A stretch of DNA of 64,000 nucleotides from Minisyncoccota bacterium (GTDB lineage: Bacteria > Patescibacteriota > Minisyncoccia > UBA6257 > JAGOQP01), in contig JBAZTS010000002.1 in NCBI GenBank assembly GCA_041661795.1, forward strand, positions 36,263 to 100,262. The letters are read 5' to 3'. This document shows positions 55,468 to 63,899 of this stretch, one piece after another (the first letter of the stretch is position 1; every line of letters starts with the position of its first letter). The notes under the pieces are model-generated. The model searched no databases. It worked only from the letters and a program-made list of their open reading frames with translations, and was not told where the DNA came from. The translations under genes were made by a program, and so were the position numbers.

Positions 55468-56607
55468 TTAATCGGTATATGTCCGTGACCGACGTAGTCG
55501 GTGGTATCGTATAGCAAATCTGTGGGCTTCGTTTCTTAACGAAAGTAATGTATTTTTAACATCTTCGGGGATTTGGCTCAAGCTGATAGGGGATTTTGAA
55601 TAGGGACTGTAAATCAATCCTTTTGTTTGTGATCTTTTATATTTCTTGCCAACATCGTTAATTAACTTACCATTACAATTAGAACGATCGTTGTAATTGT
55701 AATGGTGTGGATTATTACCCACAGATTGCAATTTGCCCACGTTTAGTTTTGCTAGAGCTATCATCGGAATCTTAATTGTTTTGAGTTGTGAGATTTGTGA
55801 TTTTCCTCCGTCAATGATAATTAAATCCGGATATTTCCATTCTTTGTGGTTAAGGCGTCTTTCTATAATTTCTTTTATTGAAGCCGGGTCATTGGCTCCT
55901 TTTATCGTTTTTATTTTAAATTTTCTGTAAAGATTTTTATTAGGTTTATTTCCGATAAACGTTACCATTGAGCCAACTGACAAACTACCTTGGGTATTGG
56001 AAATGTCGTAGCACTCAATATGTGTTTTTTCTCCATTATATAAACGAAGAAAAGTTTTTAATCCATTAACCACCTGGATGTATTTTTTTACTTCGATATT
56101 ATGAGCGGAACATAACCCTAAGTGATAATACAAGCACGGCTTTTCCGGTTTATTTTTACATGTGCGATAGGGGAATATTCTTCTGATTATCAATAAGAGA
56201 TGCTTAATCTCTTTTGCGTCTACAAACGGGCCAACAAAATCGGCTTTAAATTTTTTTGTTTGGTGTGTTAAAAGCACTCTGGGGTACTTTTCGTCGGTAA
56301 AAGCTATATACAAAAAATCCTTGTCATCTTTAAGTTCAATGTTATATTTTGGCTGATACTGTCTAACTAATTTTCTTTCTAAAATCAAGGCGTCTTTTTC
56401 AGATGGGGTTTCTATAAAATCTAAGTCAGCTACTTGTTTGTAAAAATTAATAGAAGCATTCTCTTGTCTAGAAAAATGCGATTCTATTCTCTTTTTTATA
56501 TTAATAGCTTTTCCGATATACAAAATCTTCTCATTCTTATCTTTGAAAATATATACTCCCGGTTTCTTAGGAAGTGCTTTTATCTTATTCTTCAGGATTG
56601 TTTTCAC
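55468..56607 (-). CDS. uvrC: UvrC-like excinuclease subunit, short form (GIY-YIG plus RNase-H-like endonuclease region; no UVR or HhH2 domains seen)
   Basis: PGVYIFKDKNEKILYIGKAINIKKR (GIY-YIG), IECYDISNTQG, PDLIIIDGGKSQ, IALAK and RNEAHRFAI. 379 aa versus about 600 aa canonically. Contains the palindrome at 55669-55706 in frame. Confidence 0.8.
   Translation of the reverse strand: MKTILKNKIKALPKKPGVYIFKDKNEKILYIGKAINIKKRIESHFSRQENASINFYKQVADLDFIETPSEKDALILERKLVRQYQPKYNIELKDDKDFLYIAFTDEKYPRVLLTHQTKKFKADFVGPFVDAKEIKHLLLIIRRIFPYRTCKNKPEKPCLYYHLGLCSAHNIEVKKYIQVVNGLKTFLRLYNGEKTHIECYDISNTQGSLSVGSMVTFIGNKPNKNLYRKFKIKTIKGANDPASIKEIIERRLNHKEWKYPDLIIIDGGKSQISQLKTIKIPMIALAKLNVGKLQSVGNNPHHYNYNDRSNCNGKLINDVGKKYKRSQTKGLIYSPYSKSPISLSQIPEDVKNTLLSLRNEAHRFAIRYHRLRRSRTYTD
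55669..55706. repeat. Palindromic element copy a (inside uvrC, in frame)
   Basis: accattacaattagaacgatcgttgtaattgtaatggt. On the minus strand it encodes part of NNPHHYNYNDRSNCNGKL. Confidence 0.85.
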
Positions 56608-56644
56608 TGTTTTTTTATTTTTATCCTTATCTTAATCTTAATCT

Positions 56645-56682
56645 ACCATTACATTTAGAACGATCGTTCTAAATGTAATGGT
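56645..56682. repeat. Palindromic element copy b
   Basis: accattacatttagaacgatcgttctaaatgtaatggt is a perfect 38-nt palindrome. It ends 2 nt from the stop of the 56685-57245 gene. Confidence 0.9.
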
Positions 56683-56684
56683 GG

Positions 56685-57245
56685 CTAGATTTTCTTTATA
56701 GTCCCCATTTTTCCTATTTCCAATATCTCCACGTATTCGTTTATTCTCATTTTTTCTAAATCTTCCACAAACTTTTTAGGAATTTTTATTTTTCCTATCC
56801 AGACACTTTTTTGCAACATTTCAAATCCAATATTCTTTACAGCTGATCTTAACCAAGCCCTCTTCCTTTTAAATTTTTCCGGAACATCAAAAGCTATCAA
56901 AATAACATTGTTTCCGGCTTCTTTCTTATAATCTAAAGCTGGAGATTGATTATTGGATACCCGGTTAATAAGTTTTTTGGCTTTTTTAGTAATCTTGATA
57001 ATCAACCCCTCTTTTTGTTCTATGAGTCCGTCTTTCTTAAGACGATAAATCATTACCCTATATCTGTTTCTTATTTTTTCTTTCTCTGTTTTGATAGTCT
57101 CATTTTTAGTGCCGATTCTATTTAAATTGTCTCTTAATATAGACGTTGAGCCCCAAGAGAATAAAAACGCTTCAAAAGCATTAGAGTATGTTTGTCTATC
57201 TACATTATTTAGAAAACTTATTGTTTCTCTATTTCTTGCCCTCAT
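56685..57245 (-). CDS. PaaX-like / Cas2-fold-like putative regulator (wHTH plus ferredoxin-like C-terminal domain)
   Basis: wHTH-like RVMIYRLKKDGLIEQ. The C-terminus VILIAFDVPEKFKRKRAWLRSAVKNIGFEMLQKSVWIG resembles the PaaX C-domain or Cas2 beta-alpha-beta core. Bracketed by palindrome copies b and c. Confidence 0.55.
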   Translation of the reverse strand: MRARNRETISFLNNVDRQTYSNAFEAFLFSWGSTSILRDNLNRIGTKNETIKTEKEKIRNRYRVMIYRLKKDGLIEQKEGLIIKITKKAKKLINRVSNNQSPALDYKKEAGNNVILIAFDVPEKFKRKRAWLRSAVKNIGFEMLQKSVWIGKIKIPKKFVEDLEKMRINEYVEILEIGKMGTIKKI

Positions 57246-57269
57246 AACAATATTATATCATCATTTATT

Positions 57270-57306
57270 ACCATTACAATTAGAACGATCGTTCTAATTG
57301 TAATGG
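57270..57306. repeat. Palindromic element copy c
   Basis: accattacaattagaacgatcgttctaattgtaatgg lies 24 nt upstream of the 56685-57245 gene start. Confidence 0.9.
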
Positions 57307-57417
57307 AGGGAGTATATATGATTAAGAATATTAAATAATTATCATAGAGTTATTATGATTATAGATTGATTTTATCGTTTTAATTAAAGAGTGCCTTATA
57401 AATTAGCACGGACCGCT

Positions 57418-57570
57418 TTATGGGCGGTCCGGGATGGGTGGAGCGGGTGCGGGCTTGACCACTTTGGCCACGAGGCCGATTAATATGGTCAGCATTGAAA
57501 CGGGTACTACGGTGGCGATGATGACGGACGATTCCACCACCACCAGAGACCACTTGACTAGGTAGTGCAT
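57418..57570 (-). CDS. GC-rich island B gene 4: 50-aa hydrophobic protein (not in the ORF track)
   Basis: AAAGGAGGU lies 4 nt upstream of the ATG. Product is MHYLVKWSLVVVESSVIIATVVPVSMLTILIGLVAKVVKPAPAPPIPDRP. The start overlaps the gene 3 stop. The stop codon sits in the loop of the ggaccgc...gcggtcc hairpin. Confidence 0.55.
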   Translation of the reverse strand: MHYLVKWSLVVVESSVIIATVVPVSMLTILIGLVAKVVKPAPAPPIPDRP

Positions 57571-57689
57571 TCAACCTCCTTTCTTCTGAGAATCTTGGTG
57601 ATCCACAGATAGAGGTTGTATCCTGTTTGAATAACGTGGGCCATCTTTTGGCCCAGTATTGTCGTCCGATGAAACGTTGTTGTAGACAT
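57558..57689 (-). CDS. GC-rich island B gene 3: 43-aa protein
   Basis: AAAGGAGA lies 4 nt upstream of the ATG. Product is MSTTTFHRTTILGQKMAHVIQTGYNLYLWITKILRRKEVECTT. The longer 100-aa track ORF in this frame lacks an SD. Confidence 0.45.
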   Translation of the reverse strand: MSTTTFHRTTILGQKMAHVIQTGYNLYLWITKILRRKEVECTT

Positions 57690-57703
57690 CACGTCTCCTT
57701 TGG

Positions 57704-57949
57704 TTAGGCGATGGCGCCGGGGTATTCTTCGGAGATCTTCTCGATCTCTTTTTCCTCTTTCTTCACTTGGTCTGTGAGCACAAGGAAGAAAAAGATGATG
57801 GCCATGATTCCCACAAGAGTGGCAAAGGCCCATGAAAAGCTCTTGGGGAGTTGGAACCATCGTGATAAGTGATATCCTCCAAAAGTGAGAATTACCACGG
57901 CCACGGTCGCTCCAACTTTACGGAGCAAGTTGAGTAGTCCCGGGAACAT
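57704..57949 (-). CDS. GC-rich island B gene 2: 81-aa two-TM protein with acidic/basic tail
   Basis: AAGGAGGAG lies 4 nt upstream of the ATG. TM segments are VGATVAVVILTFGGY and WAFATLVGIMAIIFFFLVL, followed by the tail KKEEKEIEKISEEY. Confidence 0.65.
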   Translation of the reverse strand: MFPGLLNLLRKVGATVAVVILTFGGYHLSRWFQLPKSFSWAFATLVGIMAIIFFFLVLTDQVKKEEKEIEKISEEYPGAIA

Positions 57950-58193
57950 TACTCTCCTCCTTTTTGGTGTACATCTTTCGAAGTTTCTCCTGTAGAGCGT
58001 TGAGCCCCGTGAAGACCAGGGCTCCGGTCAGAAACCCGATACAAGCCAACGATCCTCGGATCTCCAATCCTGGAGGCAGTGGAACTCGGTCTGCCCATAG
58101 GACCGTGAAGAAACAGGAAGCAGCAGTTGAAAGGCCAACGAAAGTGAACCAAACCACTCTTGCGATCAACTCCAGAACTTTTCCGATTTTCAT
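57918..58193 (-). CDS. GC-rich island B gene 1: 91-aa two-TM protein with charged tail
   Basis: GAGGAGGA lies 6 nt upstream of the ATG. TM segments are VVWFTFVGLSTAASCFFTVLW and LACIGFLTGALVFTGLNAL, followed by the tail QEKLRKMYTKKEES. The layout is holin-like. Confidence 0.65.
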   Translation of the reverse strand: MKIGKVLELIARVVWFTFVGLSTAASCFFTVLWADRVPLPPGLEIRGSLACIGFLTGALVFTGLNALQEKLRKMYTKKEESNVPGTTQLAP

Positions 58194-58280
58194 GCTCTGA
58201 TCCTCCTCTGTTTTTCACATTATAATAATCATTGAATTTTGTCCATGTTTGATTTAGAATAACCCTTTGGTTGGCATTTT

Positions 58281-61193
58281 ATGAAAAAAGAGAATCAATC
58301 AATAGAAATAATCGGGGCGCGTGTCCACAACTTAAAAAATGTGGATGTTTCTATACCTAAAAATAAATTGGTAGTTGTTTGCGGAGTTTCTGGTTCCGGA
58401 AAATCATCTTTAGCTTTTGATACTTTATACGAAGAGGGACAGAGAAGATATTTAGAAAGTTTGTCCTCTTATGTCAGACAGTTTTTAGGAGGATTTAAAA
58501 AACCAGATGTTGAAAAAATAATCGGCTTGTCTCCGACTATCGCCATCAACCAAAAAAGCGTTTCTTCCAATCCGCGTTCAACTGTGGGCACAATAACTGA
58601 AATTTACGATCATCTCCGTCTTCTCTTTGCTCGAGTTGGAATTCCTCATTGTCCAAATGACAACATTGTCATAACCGCTCAGACACCACAAGAAATCGCC
58701 AATAGAATTATTGACTTGGCTCATAACAACGAAATTGTTTTGCTGGCTCCAATAATCTCGGGGAAAAAGGGTCAGCACCAGGCGATTTTTGACGAGATTG
58801 AGAGGGGCGGATATTCACAGGTCAGGGTTGATGGGTATTTTTATCCCATTGCCGAAGCCAAAAATATTTCTCTGGATAAAAATAAAAAACACGATATCGA
58901 AGTTACCGTAGGTAAGTTTTTTACTGGAGTAAAAATAGATATCCAAAGAAATATATCCAAAATGGAAAGAGAGGCATTGAAAAACAAAAATAAAAAGATA
59001 GATAAGTTGATAAAAGAAGAAAAGTTAGAACTTTTAGAAAACATCAGAAAAGGACTGGCCATGGGGCAGGGAAATATTGTTGCTCATACCAAGGGGAAGG
59101 ATTTTTCCTTTTCCGAGAATTATTCCTGTTCTAAATGCGGATTTTCTTTACCCAAAATTGAACCCAGAACTTTTTCATTCAACAGTCCTTTTGGAGCTTG
59201 TAAAAATTGTCAGGGATTGGGAACTAAACTTGAAATAGATTTGGATTTGATAATCAACCCGGAAATCTCTTTGGAAGCGGGAGCTATAAAGCCCTGGTTT
59301 TCTTTAAGCCGTATGGGAAGAAGAGCTCTTGGCGCCAATTGGCAGAGATTTGTTACTGAGACCATTATTAGGGATTCTGGGCTGTCCCCAAGAACTCCTT
59401 TTGGAAAACTTCCCAAAGAAGTCCAGGATAAAATTTTATATGGTGATAAAGAAAATTATACTCATCTTAAAGACGGCGATTGGGAAGGAAAAACTTTATT
59501 TGAGGGAATTATTCCTCGCTTGGAGCGACTTTATTACGAAACTGAATCTGATTTTATCAGACAGGAACTTTCTAAATACATGCTTGAAAAAACCTGTCCC
59601 GTTTGTAATGGGTCGCGTTTAAGAGAAGAAGCATTGGCGGTAAGAGTGGGAGGAAAGAACATTTCTGAATTGACTTCAATGGCGGTTTTGGATTTTGTTA
59701 GTTTTTGCCAAAAACATATTTATGAAAAAATGTCGGAAAATCAAAAAACGGTTGCTGTTTCAATAATCAAAGAAATTTCCACTAAATCAAATTTTTTAAT
59801 TAACGTTGGTTTGGAATATATGAACTTGGGAAGGTCAGCGACTACTTTGTCAGTAGGAGAAAATCAAAGAATCCGCCTGGCTACCCAGTTGGGTTCTGGA
59901 TTGTCTGGAGTGATTTATGTTTTAGACGAACCGACTATTGGGCTTCATCCTCGCGACACTGACCGTCTCATAAAAACATTAAAAGAACTTAGAGATTTAA
60001 ATAATACCGTGATTGTGGTGGAACATGATGAGAGGGTTATAGAAAGCGCCGATTGGGTTATTGAAATTGGACCATTAGCCGGAGAAGAAGGTGGCAAGGT
60101 TGTTTTTGAAGGAACGCCATCAGATTTGAAAAAATCAAAAACGTTAACTGGATTATATTTTGCCGGCAAGAAAAAAGCGCAATCGGGACTTTCTAAAAAT
60201 AATTCTGAAAATAAAGAATTTATAAAACTGTATGGCGCTTCACAGTTTAATTTAAAAAACATAAATCTTTCCATTCCTTTAAAAAAATTTGTCTGTGTGG
60301 CAGGAGTTTCGGGCTCGGGTAAAAGCACGTTAATGTTAGATGTTTTTGCCAAGGCCCTTCAGAAAGAAGTTCTTAGGATGAGCGTGGCTGTAGGTGAATA
60401 TAAAAAACTTGAGGGGGAAAGAAATATAGACAAAGTGGTTATTATTGACCAAAGTCCTATCGGCAGAACCCCTCGTTCCAATCCGGCTACTTATACGGGA
60501 ATTTTTACTCCCATTAGACAATTTTTCACTCGCTTGGAAGAGTCGCAGATAAGGGGATATGGGCCATCATATTTTAGTTTCAACGTTAAGCCGGGAAGAT
60601 GTGAGGCCTGCAGAGGGGAAGGATTTAAAAAGGTGGAGATGTATTTTTTGCCGGATATGTACGTAGAGTGTGAAGTTTGTAAAGGCACCAGATTTTCTCC
60701 CGAGGTTTTGGATGTTAAATATAAAAACAAAAACATTGCTGATGTTCTTTCTATGAGCGTTAAGGAAGCGCTGGCGTTTTTTCACCAGTTTCCTTTTATT
60801 GGCGATAAGTTAAAAATTCTTGATGAAATCGGTCTTGGATATATGAAACTGGGACAGCCGGCGACAACTTTGTCGGGAGGAGAAGCTCAAAGGATAAAAC
60901 TTTCCGATGAACTTGCCAAAAGAGCTACAGGAAGGACTATTTATATTTTAGACGAACCGACTGTGGGACTTCACTTTGAAGACACAAAAAAACTTTTATA
61001 TATTTTGCGCTCGTTGGTTCTAAAAGGTAATACGGTTTTAGTTATAGAACACAATCCTGATGTTTTAAAAGAATCGGACTGGATTATTGAACTTGGTCCC
61101 GAAGGTGGAGACAAGGGAGGAAAAATAATTTTTGAGGGAACACTGGAAGAGATAAAAAAGAAAAAAACAATGACGGGGAAGTATTTAATATGA
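58281..61193 (+). CDS. uvrA: Excinuclease ABC subunit A
   Basis: Two ABC modules ([15 protein letters not shown] and [10 protein letters not shown]; LSGGEAQR signatures) plus zinc modules (CSKCGF...[14 protein letters not shown]...CEVCKG). Confidence 0.97.
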   Translation: MKKENQSIEIIGARVHNLKNVDVSIPKNKLVVVCGVSGSGKSSLAFDTLYEEGQRRYLESLSSYVRQFLGGFKKPDVEKIIGLSPTIAINQKSVSSNPRSTVGTITEIYDHLRLLFARVGIPHCPNDNIVITAQTPQEIANRIIDLAHNNEIVLLAPIISGKKGQHQAIFDEIERGGYSQVRVDGYFYPIAEAKNISLDKNKKHDIEVTVGKFFTGVKIDIQRNISKMEREALKNKNKKIDKLIKEEKLELLENIRKGLAMGQGNIVAHTKGKDFSFSENYSCSKCGFSLPKIEPRTFSFNSPFGACKNCQGLGTKLEIDLDLIINPEISLEAGAIKPWFSLSRMGRRALGANWQRFVTETIIRDSGLSPRTPFGKLPKEVQDKILYGDKENYTHLKDGDWEGKTLFEGIIPRLERLYYETESDFIRQELSKYMLEKTCPVCNGSRLREEALAVRVGGKNISELTSMAVLDFVSFCQKHIYEKMSENQKTVAVSIIKEISTKSNFLINVGLEYMNLGRSATTLSVGENQRIRLATQLGSGLSGVIYVLDEPTIGLHPRDTDRLIKTLKELRDLNNTVIVVEHDERVIESADWVIEIGPLAGEEGGKVVFEGTPSDLKKSKTLTGLYFAGKKKAQSGLSKNNSENKEFIKLYGASQFNLKNINLSIPLKKFVCVAGVSGSGKSTLMLDVFAKALQKEVLRMSVAVGEYKKLEGERNIDKVVIIDQSPIGRTPRSNPATYTGIFTPIRQFFTRLEESQIRGYGPSYFSFNVKPGRCEACRGEGFKKVEMYFLPDMYVECEVCKGTRFSPEVLDVKYKNKNIADVLSMSVKEALAFFHQFPFIGDKLKILDEIGLGYMKLGQPATTLSGGEAQRIKLSDELAKRATGRTIYILDEPTVGLHFEDTKKLLYILRSLVLKGNTVLVIEHNPDVLKESDWIIELGPEGGDKGGKIIFEGTLEEIKKKKTMTGKYLI

Positions 61194-61411
61194 AGATAAT
61201 AATCATCGTAAAACCAAATAAAAAAGAAAATAAGGTTGTGAAAATAGGAGAGAACATTTTTGAAATTTATACGAATCAACCGGCTAAAGAAAATAAAGCC
61301 AATTTGGATATTATTCAACAAATGTCCAAGTATTTTAAAGTATCAAAATCAAAGGTTTCTATATCTTCCGGATTAAAGTCAAAGAAGAAAATTTTGGAAA
61401 TAAATATATAA
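61190..61411 (+). CDS. DUF167 (YggU-like) protein
   Basis: IIVKPNKKENKV...NQPAKENKANLDII...SKVSISSGLKSKKKILEI matches the DUF167 pattern. Confidence 0.8.
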   Translation: MKIIIIVKPNKKENKVVKIGENIFEIYTNQPAKENKANLDIIQQMSKYFKVSKSKVSISSGLKSKKKILEINI

Positions 61412-61941
61412 AAAAAGGGGGCTCCCGGTGTTGCTGGGAGCCCAAAGTGCGGTAAGGAGGTCAATGTACGATGCGGTGCCTGCCGTGCGTCGCTTCGCTC
61501 GTTCGGGTCTTGGTGGTTCAGATCAGGGCCAGTCGTGCCCGAAAACTTAACTTTCTGGCCCATTGCTTCTCGGCACGCATGGTTTCTCCTTGCATGGATT
61601 TTTGGTCCACGCAGCTCTGCCCTCAGCGCTTGACGGTGGCCTCGTCGTTGGTGCGGTGGTTGTTCTGACGCTGTTGCATGGGATTTCTCCTCGCGTGAAC
61701 GTCGTCGGTTGTTGGTGCTAGCTATGGCTCAAGTCAAGCTTTCTTTTCGGTGAGCTTGACGAGCAGTGCTAGCGCCTGTTCTGGGTTTCGTTTTTTATCG
61801 GTATAACCTTCACAAGGTTATACCAGGGTTTCCTTCCTGATTGGCGGTCAAGAAGGTTGTTTAATCATCCAGCATTGTCCTAACTAACGGAACGGCGGTT
61901 CGACGTCCACGTGCATCGCTTTCCTCCTTATGTAGTTTACT
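61410..61941 (-). ncRNA. GC-rich ~530-nt transcription unit (large structured RNA and/or SD-led micro-ORF cassette)
   Basis: Promoter at 61948-61976. Terminator gggctccc-agcaacac-cgggagcccc plus U7. The 5' uaaggagg...cgaugc can pair with the 3' gcaucg...ccuccuua. It contains an 11-bp GUGA-capped hairpin (ggtataacctt gtga aggttatacc). No ORF over 25 aa has a plausible start. Confidence 0.4.
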
Positions 61942-61947
61942 TATTTC

Positions 61948-61976
61948 AGGATAAAACAAAAACGGCTATTAGTCAA
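61948..61976 (-). promoter_or_regulatory. Sigma-70-type promoter TTGACT-17-TATCCT for the GC-rich unit
   Basis: The minus strand reads ttgactaatagccgtttttgttttatcct, located just after the SDR stop codon. Confidence 0.45.
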
Positions 61977-61991
61977 ATATTTTTGTGAAAC

Positions 61992-62693
61992 TTACTTTTG
62001 ATGCTGAAACACATCTATTATCAAATTTTGGTCGGGGATAATTTCTTTTTTTAATGCTTTGACAATGACCTGAGCAACTTGATTTGGAGTATGTTTTGGT
62101 TCATGGTCGGGAAAACATGTTTTAAACATTCCAGTATCGGTTGAGCCGGGAGTAATTGTAAAAACGTCTATATTGTATTTGGAAAGTTCGTCTTTTAACG
62201 ACTGAGAAAGATTTATAATCGCCGCTTTAGTTAGAGAATAAATAGAGAGTCCTTCAATCCCGTAAAATCCGGCTCCAGAAGAAATATTGACGATTAATCC
62301 GGATTTCTTTTCTTTCATAATTTCAAGAACCCTTTTTATAACATTTAAAGTTCCTTTGATGTTAACGTCTATAATAAAATTCCAGTCAGGATAATCGGTT
62401 TCTTCAAAATTTTTATTCTGGGCAACAGCCGCATTGTTTACTAAAATATCTATACTTCCGAATTTATCAATCGTTTCTTCAATAACTTTTTCAACATCTT
62501 CTTTTGTTCTTATATCGCCTTGAGTAACTAAAAAATTGGGATTTTTTAAAATCACTTCCGTATCCAAATTATCGGGGATATTAATGGAAACCGTAGAAAC
62601 TTTACATCCTTGGTCAAGCAAGAGTTTGGCTGTTTCAAGACCTATTCCCGACGTTGCTCCAGTTATAAATACAACTTTATTTTTTATGTCCAT
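61992..62693 (-). CDS. SDR family oxidoreductase
   Basis: TGATSGIG, NNAA and the S...YSLTKAA catalytic triad region. Confidence 0.9.
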   Translation of the reverse strand: MDIKNKVVFITGATSGIGLETAKLLLDQGCKVSTVSINIPDNLDTEVILKNPNFLVTQGDIRTKEDVEKVIEETIDKFGSIDILVNNAAVAQNKNFEETDYPDWNFIIDVNIKGTLNVIKRVLEIMKEKKSGLIVNISSGAGFYGIEGLSIYSLTKAAIINLSQSLKDELSKYNIDVFTITPGSTDTGMFKTCFPDHEPKHTPNQVAQVIVKALKKEIIPDQNLIIDVFQHQK

Positions 62694-62743
62694 AAGATTA
62701 GTATATAGTATTTAGTAGTTAGTATATAGTATAATAGAAACAA

Positions 62744-63790
62744 ATGGATACCCAAAGCTTTGTAATTCTCATAATTATCCAAGCCGCTTTTCTTGCGGGT
62801 ATTTATTTTGTATTTAAAAAATTATCTACAAAAAAGCCGGAGGATTCTTCTTTCTTGATGATCCAAAATCAGCTTAATGAGCTGACTAAAAATATGGACT
62901 CTAAACTGGGGGAATCACATAAGGCCGCTCAGCACCAATTCTCCGAGAGCGCCAAAATTATTCGCGATGTTACCGAACGCTTAACCCGTCTTGATGAAAC
63001 CAATAAGCAGGTTATTGATATCACCGACCAGCTTAAGAATCTTCAAGATATTTTAAAAAATCCAAAACAAAGGGGAGTTCTTGGGGAATATTATCTAGAA
63101 ACAGTTTTAAAAAATGTTTTGCCTCCCGGAGTTTTTCAAATGCAATACGAATTTGCCGACGGCAATATCGTTGATGCGGTAGTTTTTGTGAAAGACAAAA
63201 TAATTCCCATTGATTCCAAGTTCAGTTTGGAAAATTACAACAGAATTCTGGAAGCTAAAACGGATGAGGACAGAAAAAGATTTGAAAACGCTTTTTCCCA
63301 AGATTTAAAAAACAGAATTGATGAAACATCCAAATATGTTCGTCCGGAAGAAAAAACGACCGAGTTTGCTTTTATGTTTATTCCATCCGAAGCGGTGTTT
63401 TACGACTTATTAATAAACAAGGTTGGAGTAATGCAATCCAACACCAGGAGCTTGATTGATTATGCTTCGGGAGAAAAGAAAGTGGTAATTGTTTCTCCAA
63501 CAACATTCTTGGCTTATTTACAAACTGTGCTTCAGGGCCTTAAAGCCATGCAGATAGAAGAATCGGCTAAAGAAATCAAAAAAAGAGTTATTGATTTGGG
63601 AAAACATCTGGCCGGTTACGACAGTTATTTTAGTAAGCTTGGAAATCATCTTTCTACGACCGTTAATGCTTATAACTCGGCTTATAAGGAACTGGGAAAA
63701 ATTGACAAGGATGTTTTGAAAATCTCTGGCGTAGCTCCGGGGATAGAAGTCAGCCAGATAGAAAAACCAAGAGAAGAAGAGGAGGAATAA
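62744..63790 (+). CDS. rmuC: DNA recombination protein RmuC
   Basis: N-terminal TM segment, coiled coil, then GVLGEYYLE, DAVVF...IPIDSKF and FMFIPSEAVF...SPTTFLAYLQTV. Confidence 0.9.
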   Translation: MDTQSFVILIIIQAAFLAGIYFVFKKLSTKKPEDSSFLMIQNQLNELTKNMDSKLGESHKAAQHQFSESAKIIRDVTERLTRLDETNKQVIDITDQLKNLQDILKNPKQRGVLGEYYLETVLKNVLPPGVFQMQYEFADGNIVDAVVFVKDKIIPIDSKFSLENYNRILEAKTDEDRKRFENAFSQDLKNRIDETSKYVRPEEKTTEFAFMFIPSEAVFYDLLINKVGVMQSNTRSLIDYASGEKKVVIVSPTTFLAYLQTVLQGLKAMQIEESAKEIKKRVIDLGKHLAGYDSYFSKLGNHLSTTVNAYNSAYKELGKIDKDVLKISGVAPGIEVSQIEKPREEEEE

Positions 63791-63899
63791 ATTTTTGTTG
63801 ACTTTGTTAAGAATTTGAATAGAATTTTGACTGTAAAGAGCAGGGTCGAAAGCTTAACTTTACAAACCTTTAACTTTATAAACTTTAATAACTAATAAT

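Noticed and set aside
57380-58218. Track ORFs 57380-57574, 57558-57860 (full length), 57949-58218 and plus-strand 57964-58200 in island B.
   Set aside because: These are alternative frames of GC-rich DNA without SD sequences. The SD-led set (57918-58193, 57704-57949, 57558-57689, 57418-57570) explains the region with coupled starts and stops.
61315-61668. The 82-aa (minus strand) and 65-aa (plus strand) ORFs in island C.
   Set aside because: The 82-aa frame runs through the terminator hairpin and antisense into the DUF167 gene. The 65-aa plus-strand ORF would be antisense to the promoter-terminator unit, and its sequence is Cys/Arg/Leu-rich and composition-driven.
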